Source of the DNA: Magallana gigas
Taxonomy: Eukaryota
Assembly: GCF_963853765.1 (NCBI RefSeq)
Contig: NC_088860.1
Span: forward strand, 40,734,001 to 40,798,000
Reading direction: 5' to 3'
DNA: 64,000 bases
Shown here: piece after piece, positions 24,101-38,000 of the stretch
How the letters are laid out: every line of letters begins with the position of its first letter
Numbering within the stretch: position 1 is the first letter of the stretch
Notes under the pieces: model-generated
What the model was told of the DNA's origin: nothing
What the model saw: the letters and a program-made list of their open reading frames with translations, nothing else
Databases searched by the model: none
Made by a program: the position numbers and the translations under genes

Positions 24101-27100
24101 AAATTTCGAAGTCATAGGTTAAGGGCAAAGCAAAATCCTGTGAAAATTTATGCTTTTCAGTCTAATGTCCATTACACTAGCGGACCTTTGAGATAGTCAC
24201 CATCTCAACGATATCTTGACTTAGTGGTAAGTATGTTCAAACTAAACCCCGCCCCCCCCCCCCCCCCCCCTCAAACACCAGAAAACTGAGTCACTGGCCT
24301 GAACAACAGGTTCAAAGCAAAGGTTTTTTTTAAGAGGACTCGATGCTCGTTGGCAAAGACTATATCAATATTTTGTTGAAAAGTCCAGGGGAAAAGTTCA
24401 AAATCTAAAAAAAAATGTTTTATTTTTATTAAAACTAAACAATAGTTGACAATCATTAATTCTTGGTAGATCTGATGAGTAGTCTGTTGACCACTCATCC
24501 TCTTGAAAACGGAAACTGGGTCATCAAAAGTAACCGCAATACCACGTTGACCTATATATGTCTCTGGTTCACTACTTCCTCCGTCATCACAAAATACTTG
24601 ACTGTCTAGAGCGGTTTAGGAAATGCCCTAATTATAGAACACAGAGAAATCGGCGAGAAAGTAACACAGATATATTATGTGCTTATAAATACATGTAGCT
24701 TTGCGCCAAGTAATATTTACATAATCTGGGTCATTTCTTATTTACTAGTTTTGTTTTTAGGAAGCTTACAGGAAACTGTTAATTAATCAAGAAAATGTAC
24801 GTGTTTTCCTTCGATGTTCTTCCGGTTATAAAGGTAGATTTGTAATGTATTAAATAGTACATGATTTGGCGTGCATAATTTTACAGCAAGCTTTGTAAAA
24901 AAAAAAATTAATGTCAAATTATGTAAAGTCGAGTTGAATATGGTCTAATATTAGTGTTGCACTGATTTATCTAAAATATGATATACGTGCAGTTTTGCGT
25001 GTTGCCGATCGAGTGAGGGATTTAGTACATGAACAAACTCTCGTCTTTCAGAATTATCAGTTTAATAGATCAAAAGTCAATACCATTTTTTTTTAATCAA
25101 AAAAGCGTATTGTTGAATTAAAAAATGTTTCTTAATCTTGATCCCTATTGTTGCAGAATACTTATACATGATATGGAAAATAAAGTTGTTATAGAAAAAT
25201 TAAGTTCATTAGTGATATTTAAAATTTGAAATGAAAGTACTATTCACAATAAAAGCATACACTCTAAGTTCTAGTGCTACATTGTTTGATTTGTCGGTTT
25301 TTGAGACGTATACCGCGGTGCCCTTCAATGCTCGCCAATGATTTTCATTCTCGCACGGAAATGTTTGCGTCGCACTCTCAGTACTTCGATTTTTTTAAAC
25401 AAGTTTTATTAATGCTTATAACGCAGATGCAGGATGACCCAACCTCTATACTCTGCTTGATTTAATGAAAATCACAAATAAATTCCTGAAGAAATAAGAT
25501 TAAAATGTTTGTGATGAGAAGATATGTTTATAACATCCCTAATTGAAAGGCACAGGCATTAGGAAGGGGGAGGGGGGAGGTTGCCTGGTCTCCCATCTTT
25601 TTTCAAAGCAGACATTTTTTTTAAAAAAGTTTGAAGTTTGAATGAATTGTCCCCCAACTAATGCTGGGCCCTGTTAAATAATTTTTTTTAAACTATTACG
25701 CACATTACCCGCGCCTCTGCTCCGTATTTATATATATTTGGTCTTTTTTGGCTTGTCAATATTCGCTGTATACATAGTTTTTGCACTCATTCCACCCCTT
25801 TCAACATTGATGATATGTGCCGGTTTGATATAAGACCTTCAAAATTAATGTTTGTTCACTAAAAAGTGTTTACAAATTTAAGGGACCAGTGAAAAAAATA
25901 TAAACATTTTCTTTTGATTATAAGGCAGTTGATTCACAATGATGCTGATGCACATTGCAGTTCTTACATTACTTCAATATGATTCACATTATCAAAAACT
26001 TATCAAAAATGCAACGATTTATCAATTCAATTGTTTTCACATGCCGAGCCCACTCAATGGTTTTTAGGATCAATATCTCTTTGAAAATAGATTGGTCTTT
26101 ATCATTTAAGATTTTTATTAAAATACTAAAATCTCTTGTAAAGGTTAGTATTGAATAAGCATCTATTATCAAAACAATAATAAAATAGTGTCGTGTCGAT
26201 ATTTTAGATATTGTTAAAGATAGGGCTCTTCAATGTCATCTTCTCCATGATTATTTGATGAATAAAATGCATGATATTGCATGCAAACCAGGAAGTAATT
26301 CTGGGAACTGTGTTTGTATCACCTCATTGACTGATGTCATTCTACTTCACAAGACTTTTATATTGACTGTGTGAAATCTCTGTATAAAGTCCAAAAATAA
26401 CACCAAAATCTAAATCCATATAGCAATTATACATGTACATGCAGAGCTAGCCAATGAATGCCTGCGTCACAGAGCTAGAGAAGGCTCTGTAAATTACTGT
26501 GAATGGCGCTAAACGATTGGTGATGTTGATGTATACTGGGATTTTAAGACAAGAAAAAAAATATTGTGTAATTTATGTATTAATTTAGATGTTTAATTAT
26601 ATTTAATGACTTGTTTCCTAAAACCTCTCTTTCTTCCTGTTTCTCGAATTTTTAAATTGCAAAATAAATTTAATCCAAAAACATGGGGAGAATGAAATTA
26701 ACGAAATAGGTATAATACACCAAAAAAAAAAACCACACAAACAAAAGAAATGAAAAAGTTAAGATTTATTTCACACAGTATCTCAAGCTTATACGCGTCC
26801 TACACGCTAAATCCCCATAAATCTAGATAATACCGAACTTTAAAAAGTAGAATTAAATATATATTTAAAATCATTATAATTGAGGACTGAAAGTTTCAAA
26901 CTAGCTGCAATAAACTTCTACAATTTTTTACACAGTTCGCAGTACAATTTTCGGCCTCCCTATTGGTATCTCAAAATGCTGGATCCGCCTCTTCGTTTTC
27001 AACGACAATTTTTTTTTGGTCTCTTGACCCATTTCTTTTCATTGTGGCAACCAATGGCAGTTCGCCGTACGGTTAAAACATTCAAGAGACTTGAATAAAA

Positions 27101-27154
27101 AAAAAAGAAACTTCCTCGTTTGGAGTAAACTGAAAGTGTGATATTTTTCTTTAG

Positions 27155-27221
27155 CTGGCTGGTGTCTTATTAGGGGGATTTCACACTGATGTTAATTGTA
27201 CCCGGCTCTGATTAAGCAAAG
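27155..27221 (+). other. Candidate non-coding upstream exon of the SH3BP2-like gene
   Basis: Pyrimidine tract plus AG before 27155 and strong donor AAG|GTAAGT after 27221. Contains a short uORF (27189-27215). The first coding exon (30993-31061) has its own acceptor, so an upstream exon is required. The linkage is inferred. Confidence 0.4.
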
Positions 27222-27993
27222 GTAAGTAAATTATTTCAATATTCAATTAATTCATTGATTTATCAGTATTTATTAAACACCGAGAGAGAAATACACGTGC
27301 AGGCAAATAATACGTGTTAACATTCTATCGGTGCATACATGTATATATATATCGAGCGGGTAGACATAGACGGAAAAAAATTGAAATCAAATCATATTTT
27401 CGATGTGTGTTTAAAATATTGACATTGTACGTATAGAGAGATAATTTGTGTACTGAATTATTAAACTTAAAGGTTCGTGATCCGATTGATTTGAAGTGTC
27501 AACTGATTAAATTGACTGGACAGTAAATAACGAGTGACCCTAATATGAACAAAGTTTATTAATGTATATGATAATGAAACATAATATGCATATATGCAAA
27601 AAGAGACGATGAATTTGGTATGCTTCTTCATAACGCAAACCAAATCACAGTATAATGATATTAAGAAATACATGTATAAGCGGCTCGTGGGCCTCATTGC
27701 TCACACGGCATTAACGGTTGACCTTTTCTGAGTTGTCAGCATTTGTATTGATATGGTTATTTGCTCAGTCTTGTTGATTGTGTATCGATAAGGCATTAAG
27801 CCTGATATCATTATTATGCATGCATTGAAGATTACATGTATTTCATAATGTTTACGGGTTTGGTGCTTGTTGTAAATGGGGAAGGATCACGATTGGATAT
27901 ATAGCGCGGTGATAGGGGTGATGGATCCAAATCCCGATCACAAAAACTCGGACCCTCCTACTAACCCCCCCCCCCCAAAAAAAAGAGGGGGAA

Positions 27994-28769
27994 ATGTGTA
28001 CATGTATTTGGATGATTTGTACACGTATGGATGGATGAACATGTATATATGGATGATTTGTACACATATGGATGGATGAACATGTATATATGGATGATTT
28101 GTACATGTATGGATGATGTGTACATGTATGGATGATGTGTACATGTATGGATGGATGCACATGTATATATGGATGATTTGTACACGTATGGATGGATGTA
28201 CATGTATATATGGATGATTTGTACATGCATGGGTGATGTTTATAGATGATGTGTACATGTGTATGGATGATGTGTACATGTATATGGATGATATGTTCAT
28301 GTATGGATGATGTGTACATGTATGGATGATTTGTACATGTATGGGTGATGTGTATAGATGATGTGTACATGTATGGGTGATGTGTATAGATGATGTGTAC
28401 ATGTATGGGTGATGTGTATAGATGATGTGTACATGTATGGATAATGTGTACATGTATGAATGATGTGTACATGTATAGATGATTTGTACATGTATGGATG
28501 ATTTGTATATGTATGGATGGGTGTACATGTATATATGGATGATTTGTACATGTATGTGGTTGATGTGTACATGTATGTGGATAATGTGTACATGTATGGA
28601 TGATTTGTACATGTATTGGTGATGTGTACATGTGTATGGATGATGTGGACATGCGTGTGGATGATGTGTACATGTATGGACGATTTGGACATGTATGGAT
28701 AGTGTGTACATGTATATATGGATGATTTGTACATGTTTAGATGATGTGTACATGTATATGGATGATGTG
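27994..28769. repeat. Degenerate 18-22-bp minisatellite (ggatgat(g/t)tgtacatgtat)
   Basis: About 40 variant units. Explains the His/Thr/Ile/Cys-rich ORFs in the track. Confidence 0.93.
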
Positions 28770-29599
28770 ATGAACTACGGCATGTGTATGGGGGGTTAAT
28801 ACATGAAGAACGCAAAAAATGTCGAATAATTGAAATATGTGAACTAGTCATGTTAATGTATACCCATAGATGCAGTCGTAAAATTTATCTACAACATTAT
28901 CTTTGTACTTAGAATTATGAACACACTTCACAGAAAATAAAACACCAAAAACATCTGTATAGATAATACAATTTTTAATATGTTCCTAAACTTCATATTC
29001 CTAAATCCGGCACATAAATATCATTCTCATACCAAAGATCAAGCACTTTTGATGGTCAAATTATTGATCATCAATTAAATTGAGTTTGAAATCATTGCAC
29101 TTTTATAAAAATATAAACAGCTTTGATTTTAAGTATTTTCATTATTAAGTGCGTGTATTTTACTCTCCCCATGCATTCCATAGTTTAAAATGAAATCCAT
29201 TTATTTCTCTTATCTATGTAGATAAAGTCAACATGCCTAATGCGTTGCTAAAACATCTTTAAAATGGCGCTATACATGTGCATGTCTCGAGTACTTGATA
29301 ATAACAAGAAGTGTTTATAAAAGTCTATACAATATCTCATGTTCCGATTCCTTTTCACTTTCGAAGAAATACCGGTAGGATATATATACAGACCAATCAA
29401 ACCGAGTCATTAAAAGCCCCTTTGATGTAGTTGGAGGTTTCTATATAGGTCGATGATTTGCTTGACATTAAAAGCAACAGATGTTCCCTAGCCACCCCCC
29501 CCCCCCAAAAAAAAAAATGATAACGATATAAATAAGTATTCACTATTCATTAACCATTTATTAATAGTGGCAAGCATTGGTCCACTCATAACCTATTTA

Positions 29600-29731
29600 T
29601 CCATCATCCATCATCCATATATCCATCCATCTGATCCATTCGTTCATCCATCCATCCATCCATCTATCTATCCATCTGATCCATTCGTGCATCATCCATC
29701 CATCCATTTGATCCATTTGTTCGTCCATCCA
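29600..29731. repeat. Imperfect (CATC)n microsatellite
   Basis: catccatccatc runs with interruptions. Confidence 0.85.
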
Positions 29732-30303
29732 GCTCTCAACTACTTCTGACATAAACTACATGTAACAGAACATTAAAGTGTGTGCAAGTGAAAATTTAGT
29801 AAATATACGTGTATACTATAATTGCTTTATGTCACGCCCCATGAGGCCCTAATTTCGAAATAAGTTTTATTAATATCACAAATATTTCGTTTTAAAGTTG
29901 TCCGAAACAACTGCATGATATGCGAAGGAGATTGAGTACTTCCGCTGTAATGCTTTATCTTATTTGCGTTTCTTGTCAATTGGTATAATTGTATTTCTCG
30001 ATTTGAAAGTGTTTCGAATTTCCATTAGTTTTAATTGGTTTGACTTTTTCATGTAATGGTTACGGATTTCCCAAATTGACAAAGAGGCTCTTCTGTATTT
30101 CTGTATTAACTGAGAATTGACGTTAACTTATCAGACTTCCTTATAGTGAAGTAGAGACTGTATACAATCATAAGTACAGTTTATGGCGGAGAGAAGATAG
30201 AATGAGCATAATCATTCATGAATTGCTAGAAGCACATACAAGGAAATATATATAATCGTTTGTTACCATGGAGAGAGAGAACGAGAGACAGACAGAGAAA
30301 AAA

Positions 30304-30310
<7 letters not shown>

Positions 30311-30379
<69 letters not shown>
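30311..30379. repeat. (GA)n microsatellite
   Basis: Pure GA run. Confidence 0.97.
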
Positions 30380-30382
<3 letters not shown>

Positions 30383-30634
30383 CGTTGTTATTACATTTGA
30401 GTGATATGCAACTAAAACATTGCATAACTAATTAATTTATTTCTTCGTTACATAGTGAGTATCTCGACACAGTGTCTGACGAAAAACGCCCATGAAATCA
30501 TTTACGATTTGTTTTTCTGATGTGGGCTTCTGACATAAACTTCTTCTTTTCACCTAATAATAAAAACAATAATTCATTGTATTTATAAAAGCACCAACTG
30601 AGATTTCGTATAATAATAAAGTAGAATCATCATA

Positions 30635-30695
<61 letters not shown>

Positions 30696-31021
30696 GACAA
30701 TATTCTTTAACTGTAAGATGAGGCGTCATGCTTTGCATGTGCTTGATTTCAACAATACTTTTGAAATTAGATACACGCCTTGAAGTGTAGAAAAATAAAA
30801 TACGGAAATATGAAGTACTAGATTGGTTTGTCTTATTGTGACAGTATTTGATTTTATCGTGATGTTTGTGAATTTCTTTCGTGATTGTTTAATTAATTTT
30901 GTTAATTTGCTTGTACGTGTTTTTGGGGGTTTTTTTTTGGTGTTTACTAAAGCTATACATGTACTTATATACCTATATGATTTATTTTATAGGCAGAATA
31001 AGAATGTAAAAAAGACGAGAG

Positions 31022-33567
31022 ATGTCAGAACATAAGATTCCTCAACCGTTAGATAATATCGGTAAGTTTTTTTTATTCTTACAAAAATAATGGTATAAAA
31101 AATTATCAGATTCACTCCACCAATCACATGCCATATATATGTACTGCCTCAAGACTCACTTGTATAATGTTTAATCGTTGATTCCTGTACATGCACGGGG
31201 AAATCATTATAGAATTTGTTATGGCTCAATTGTTACAAATTTCGTGCCCCCCCCCCCTCCGGCCACCCTCAATCATTATCGAGTGAACATCCTGAACGAA
31301 ATAGAAGTGAATTCTTAAATTTAATAATTATATTTTATTATTCTTGCAAATCAAAATAAATGTCTCGTTATTGATTTAGCTCACCTGAGCCGAAAGCGAA
31401 TGGTTTTTAGTCAGGCTTTGCTGAAAGCAAACCTGGCTATATATTCATGCAAATTGCTAGTGTTTCTATGAATACCACTAGTGCAAAGGTAAACATAAAA
31501 ACCAACTTTTCACAGAGAAACACGTTTTGTTTTTTATTTTTATTTCCAATTTTTAATCTTTTACATGTACCCGGTAAGTTTGTTCTTTCCAACCACTTGG
31601 TCTGTTGAACGTTGAACTTCACTTGATGCAAAGCGTCTTTTTTATTAATTGCGATGATTAATTAAAACATGACAACAACAAAGACGTTAAAACAAATTCA
31701 CACTCAGACCGATATCAGGTTATCTCCCTTATCCTAAAGTTGTATAATAAACTGACCGGATATAAGTAATAATCGACCGTCCCCGGCCCCTCGCTATAAC
31801 TGTATTTTGCGGTAACTTCTTTTATGTTTTTATGTTTGCTCAAAGGAAAACCTGTATCTGTCGTCAAGAGAATAATATTTGAAAAGGAGTGCTATTTTGT
31901 AAAAAAAAAAAAAAAAATCTAGATAAGCAAACGCCGATGTGTGGAATATGATAGACTTTGATTTCTTTATTAAAACAAATACTTAAGATATGATATTTTT
32001 AAATTTGACTTAAATTTGTTTCATCGTTTAATATTCGAGCTAATATAAAATACAAAGAACTAATATTTCTTGCATTTTTACGAATGAAAGTATGCGATGC
32101 ATTCATTTTGGATATACATGTATTTAATTTTATTGCCCAGCGTGTATTAAAATAATCACACTATTTCGAGAGATAAACTGCAATTGTTGGGGAGATGAGC
32201 AATACGGCCCATGGGCCTCTCTTAATCATGCTCTTCTAAGAAACAGTTTTCTTCCAACATCCGATGGTTCTGATTCATCAATAGACGTTTGTTTGGTCCT
32301 GTCTTTCTTCCTCTTCCTCCAAATACTTAAACAGAGACTAGGTTTCCCATTGAATCAGTACTTTTCTTGCTGTACTTCTTTTTTGTTCCTACGTACATTA
32401 AGGATGTTAGTTTCAATTTTTTTTTAAAAGGTCATTTTGGTGATCATTATATTTATCAACATTATATCTATATTTATCACTCGTTTCCCCGAAAGTGCGA
32501 TGACTGTATATAACCTATCTATTATAATACATTCTTGTTTAACGCCGTGTAAACCGATTACTGAATATCAGTAGCAGACGACTAGTAACAACAATTGTCC
32601 ATGATAAGAAACATATATACATGTTACAATACAACATCTCGAAAAAGCGCGAGAATTGAATGGAAATCTCCAGTAATTAGAGGTCCTAATATTAATTTGT
32701 TATTAATACGATACTGATAAGAAAACTATCATTTTCGTCGGGTTTATTCTCTGCATTTACTTTTATCGGGGGAAATACATTTCATAACTTTATTACTGAT
32801 TTCTTTTATCTATGTAATAAACTATAGCCCCTGTTTAACAACTGTATTGCTCGACCCAGGAACGGATGTGTTGTTCTCGGTCTCTGGTCCGATATTGGGT
32901 AAAAAAAACCCAGCTGCTGTCAATATCTGTATAGTGTATCGATATATCGTTACAATATATCGTTACAAGATATTTTCTTGAGATATCATAAATTGTTACC
33001 GGATATTGTTACAAAACATTCTTAGAGATATCGTTGTGTGATATCGTTGCGTTATATACATACTACTAGTAGATATTGTTTGAGATATTCTTATGAAATA
33101 TTGACTGTTAAAAGATATCGTTCTGGGATATCGTTACAAGATATCTGCTTCTGTCTGCAGGTTGTCAGGATCTGCTACAAGAAGATTACAGTCACTGCGG
33201 CTGGCTGAGGAAGCAGAGCTTTATCAACAGAGTTGGCAAATTCCGCTGTAAGTGTAATATCCACTTCAATAAGTACTTGATAAAAGTTACACTACATCTG
33301 TGTTATACAAGAGCATGCCATGTTATGTACTAAGAGTTCTTGTCATAGTAAGACTCAGTGCAGCGTAACAAAGCGATTGGTACAATAACATTGCGTAAGC
33401 TTACGGTATGTTATTAGAGAGTTTCAGAGGCCCATGGACTTTAACGGTCACCTGAGTAAGGCATAGCAATTTGATGTTCATTATATTCAATACAGTTAAT
33501 GTTGCATGGTTAGGGTTAAGATATCTTAACAGTACTCAGGATATCAGGATAAATTCAGGACTTTTCT

Positions 33568-33603
<36 letters not shown>

Positions 33604-34933
33604 TTGGGGTATAACAATCTTTAAGATGTCTTATGTAAATGCACCCTATGGCTAGCACATAAATAAATATGCATACCGCCGTTTTTTAAGTTTATTATTG
33701 ACAATCAAGAAAAAGGAATACCTATGGAATGGAGATGGAGGGAGGGGGGTAGATAATAAACCTTATACCAGTAAAATGTCAACCTGTCTCGAGTTTCATA
33801 TAGTTACGTATATCCTCTGGCACAAGTAAGGTATTGTAAACACGTGTTTGTAGTTACGTGAACATACACAGTTTGCTGCAGAAAATGAAGGAAAATTTAA
33901 GCATTAAGGATGTTTATTACTTCTTTCATTTACTTAATACGGGTACAATTCAAATTACTTCCTGTTCCACATTGATTCCACAATGTAATTAGAACTCTCA
34001 ATGAAATGTTTAAAACATATTCATTGCATCCTAGAACAACAATTATACTAGCTACCACACTGTGCACAATGACGTGCTTTTGCACGCTGTTAAACTATAC
34101 AGTGTATATATCTTTTATGAGTAAAATTCTTAACATATCCAACCACAGCGAAAAAAGTCTAATTTAGTGTGGCTCAAATCTGAAAAAAAAAATTATTGTG
34201 TTTTCTTTTTCAATATTGTATTTCGTTTACGCAGGGCCTCAGATTTACATGGTGCTAAGCGGAGGATGTATTTATTACTTTAAAAATGAATACAGCACCC
34301 GTCCTGCCGGGAAATTCACACTGTATGGCTACAATACGTAAGTACAGTACAGTATCTAAATCGTAAGTTGTCTGTAACTTATTACTAGTGTAATTCGTAA
34401 GTTATTCACATTTTATGAACTAATATTCATGTACAGCTGGTAAAAGTATTTAATACAACTTTTTAAGATTTTTACTTGTAATTCGTAACTAGTATGCTTA
34501 AAAACCTATTCGCCTCTTTGTGGCCTCGTTGGTTGATAAAAATCATATACCGGTATATATCAATTTGAAAGTTACTTTTATATCGTCAACACTTATTAAG
34601 TGTTCACCGTCTGCCCGCTATATACATGTATATAACCCTTTGAAATTTCATGTTATCGTTTACATGTGTATTTATATGTAAAACTCTGAAATGATTACAT
34701 GTTGACTAACAGTTTATAAGTTAACAAATCTATCTATAAAATTAAATTTCAACAAACAGCTTATCACCATAAATATTCCCAATTTCAAACTGCCAAATTT
34801 TCTTCAGGGTCAGTAGAGCACAGGAAAAGGTTTCCCCTAAGGTGGCCCCCTTTGCCTTCAAGGTTGTCCATGCCTCACCAGATTATAAAACCTACTTCTT
34901 TGCTGCTGGATCTGAGAAAGAAATGAAGGCAAG

Positions 34934-35007
<74 letters not shown>

Positions 35008-38000
35008 ACAAAAACAAAACACAAATACAAACAAAACAAATGAAAACAAAAAAAAAGAAACAAAACAAAATAAAAAAAACAAACAAACAAACAAACACCA
35101 AAACAAACCAAGCAAAAATCAAACAAAATAGGGAAAATACATTATACAACCTGGTAAACTGAACTGCAATAGATATATTGCAAACGTGGGTGATATTATC
35201 AGTTTGGAAATGCTTTACTTTCTTTACTGTAAAGGTACTGTAAAAATTCATGAGTTTGCTCAATTAAATTCATGCCTCCAAATTTAATCGCAATCTTCCT
35301 TACCAATTGAATGGCATTTGATGAATAAGTAATTAAACTTCTAAATATTTTTAATCATGCATGATTATATGTATCAGCAGTCTAAAAGTAGCTAAAAATT
35401 CGCTAAATATGATGACCGCTAAGTCGACCTTTACACGCCGCATCAAACAGTTTTTTACAATGTTCAGGAAACCTTAGATTGTGTTTTGGTCATAATGATA
35501 AACTTTAAAAAATGGATCTTTCTAATAAATTCAATGGCATTTTTGATTGGATGTTCTATATTTATTCTTGGTAATAACTGAGTGTTGTGCTTCATTAGGC
35601 CAAATTGTTAAGAAAGTTGGCACATTTCATGCGCATAAACATGCGCATGTGCATTGGCCAGTCACCAACATACGTTTTTTAGGTTGCCACATCACGTGAG
35701 GTTTTTTTTCTGAATACGGGAAATCAGCATGTGTCCAATTGTACTTTAAACTAACGCAAAATATACCATTGTACGTAGAATTAAATTTGCTGACATTTTT
35801 ACATTATATTTTTATCATTTAAACAATTTTTGTGTCCCATTAGTGAATGCTGGTTTTCGAGTGTATTAATTACCACGCGGTGTAAAGGTTTTAAGCAATG
35901 TTTCAATTATGTAATTATTGAAAATTAAAGACAAATTTTTATCGCAGACATAGACACTAGAAAAATGTAAATATAGATTTTAAAACGTACCAACATGTAT
36001 TCGAATATTGATGCATTTGCTACATTTCGGATTGCTTGCCATTGAATAGTGAAATAAATCAATTATTTCTTAATTATTTTTTTTTATTTTCAGGAATGGA
36101 TGAAGCATATTAAAAGTCAGCTAGTCAAAGCTAATGGCCAGAAGTCAGATAACTACTATTACACGTATAAGTAAGTTTTTAAATGTTATATGTGAAATAT
36201 GGATCTAACTGAAAGGTCGCAGCAAATTTCCTAAAGAAAAGGGGAGGGGCTTTAAATAAATTAGTCTTAATCGCGGCTTAAAACACTTGTTTTATTTTGA
36301 TTCATTGTGTCTTATGAAACAAATTATGAAAGAAATAAAACAATTTGGGTTTCCTGTCTTCAGGAGAGCCGGGAAACAGGCGGCCGCGGAAGAGGACGAC
36401 AAATCAATGACGTATCAAGAAATTGAAACTGACATCTATGGTGACACTAATGCCTTCAAAGTCACGAGTGACTACGCACTCAAATTTAAATTAAAGGGAA
36501 AGGATGATGGTGAGACAATTGAAAAATAGTTGTTTATTTACATAAAAATAATAATATAACATTTAAAGATATCTTAAACCTACACGCTTAATTTGGTACC
36601 TGATACGATATTTCATCGAAGCGCAATTTGCTAATTACAGAAATTAATCTTGATTTTTGAACTCCAAAAATCAGGTCATATATTTTTGGATAAAAATTTG
36701 TTTTATGAAGCATTTTAAAACTTTTGCTGAGGTGAATATTTAAGTTTATTACAGTGAATGAGAGAAAAAATACAGTTTATGTTGCAAGGTCATGATGATT
36801 GCATTTAATTTTACAATTTAATTTATGGCTGTGAATGTAACAAGAACATTACACTAAATTTACAATGGCATAACAGAGACTGTTTGTTCCAATAACATAT
36901 CATTTATTATACAATCTTTTATATTGGCGAATGTTACTAGTTATCAAAAATGAAAGTATTTAGTGTAAGTTAATGTGGTGAAGTTACAATAAGGACGTGA
37001 CATGAATGTTAAAACGTCATTAGGGTAATTGTTACAAGATAATTACTGAAAATCTTCTAAGGTGATTACTGAAACTGTTTTTTTGTAACGGTTACAAGAC
37101 AATTACTGAAATTATTGTAAGGTAATTACTTAAACTGTTACAATGTTATTTTTGTAACTGTTACAAGATAATTAATGAAATAGTTGTAAGGTAATTACTG
37201 AAACTGTTACAAGGTCGTTAGAGTAACTGTTACAAGATATTTACTGAAACTTTTTAAGATATTACTGAAAATGTTATTATTGTAACTATTACAAGATAAT
37301 AACTGAAACCAGGCTTTGGGTAATGCTAAATGTAATGGTAATGCATTGCAATGCATTACATTTTTTCAAAGTAATGCTAGTAATGTGTAATGCCACAAAA
37401 TTAGCATTACAAGTAATGGTAATGTAATTCAATACTTTCCAAAATCTAGTGTAATGCTAGCATTACATGGCATTACTTTGCATTATTTATTTATTATTTA
37501 TTACATTTTTTCTATTATTGCACTTAATATATCCTAAGATAAAGATCGTCAAACAGTATTTTTCGGTCCAAGCTTCGACTGTTCCTGTAAAACATTTATT
37601 TAGTATAGCTGGGAAGATTTTCAAACTAACATGATGCGGTTAAAAGATGAACCCTTTGAAACTTCGATCATAAAGTGCAACAGCAATCTATTGTCTTGAG
37701 TTGTCCTCAGTAGAAAGAAATACGATTTAAAAATATTAAAAAATATAACTGGGAAAAATCATGTTTCATTATAAACTTATACACTTAAGTGTCCAAAATT
37801 ATAAAGATTTGTGTCATCTGGGGAAATATCTCTATTCAGCTTTTAATAACCGCAACATTATTCCATAAATTGTTTTTTGTTATGCATGTAATTCTGTGTC
37901 TCTATTTCGTATCTGACATTGTATCATGGCAAATGTCTATAAATATATAAATGTCTATATATATTTAACTTATTTAATGTTCATAATGCCACAATATAAT

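Noticed and set aside
27852-28851. Several 89-273-aa His/Thr-rich ORFs as genes
   Set aside because: Overlapping frames over one minisatellite, with no splice or homology support.
34842-35263. ORFs with SLSLSL or ERERER tracts (also 30216-30425 and the X-containing ORFs at 44238-44617 and 48787-49137)
   Set aside because: Translations of (TC)n/(GA)n runs or N gaps. Only the exon part 34808-34928 is real.
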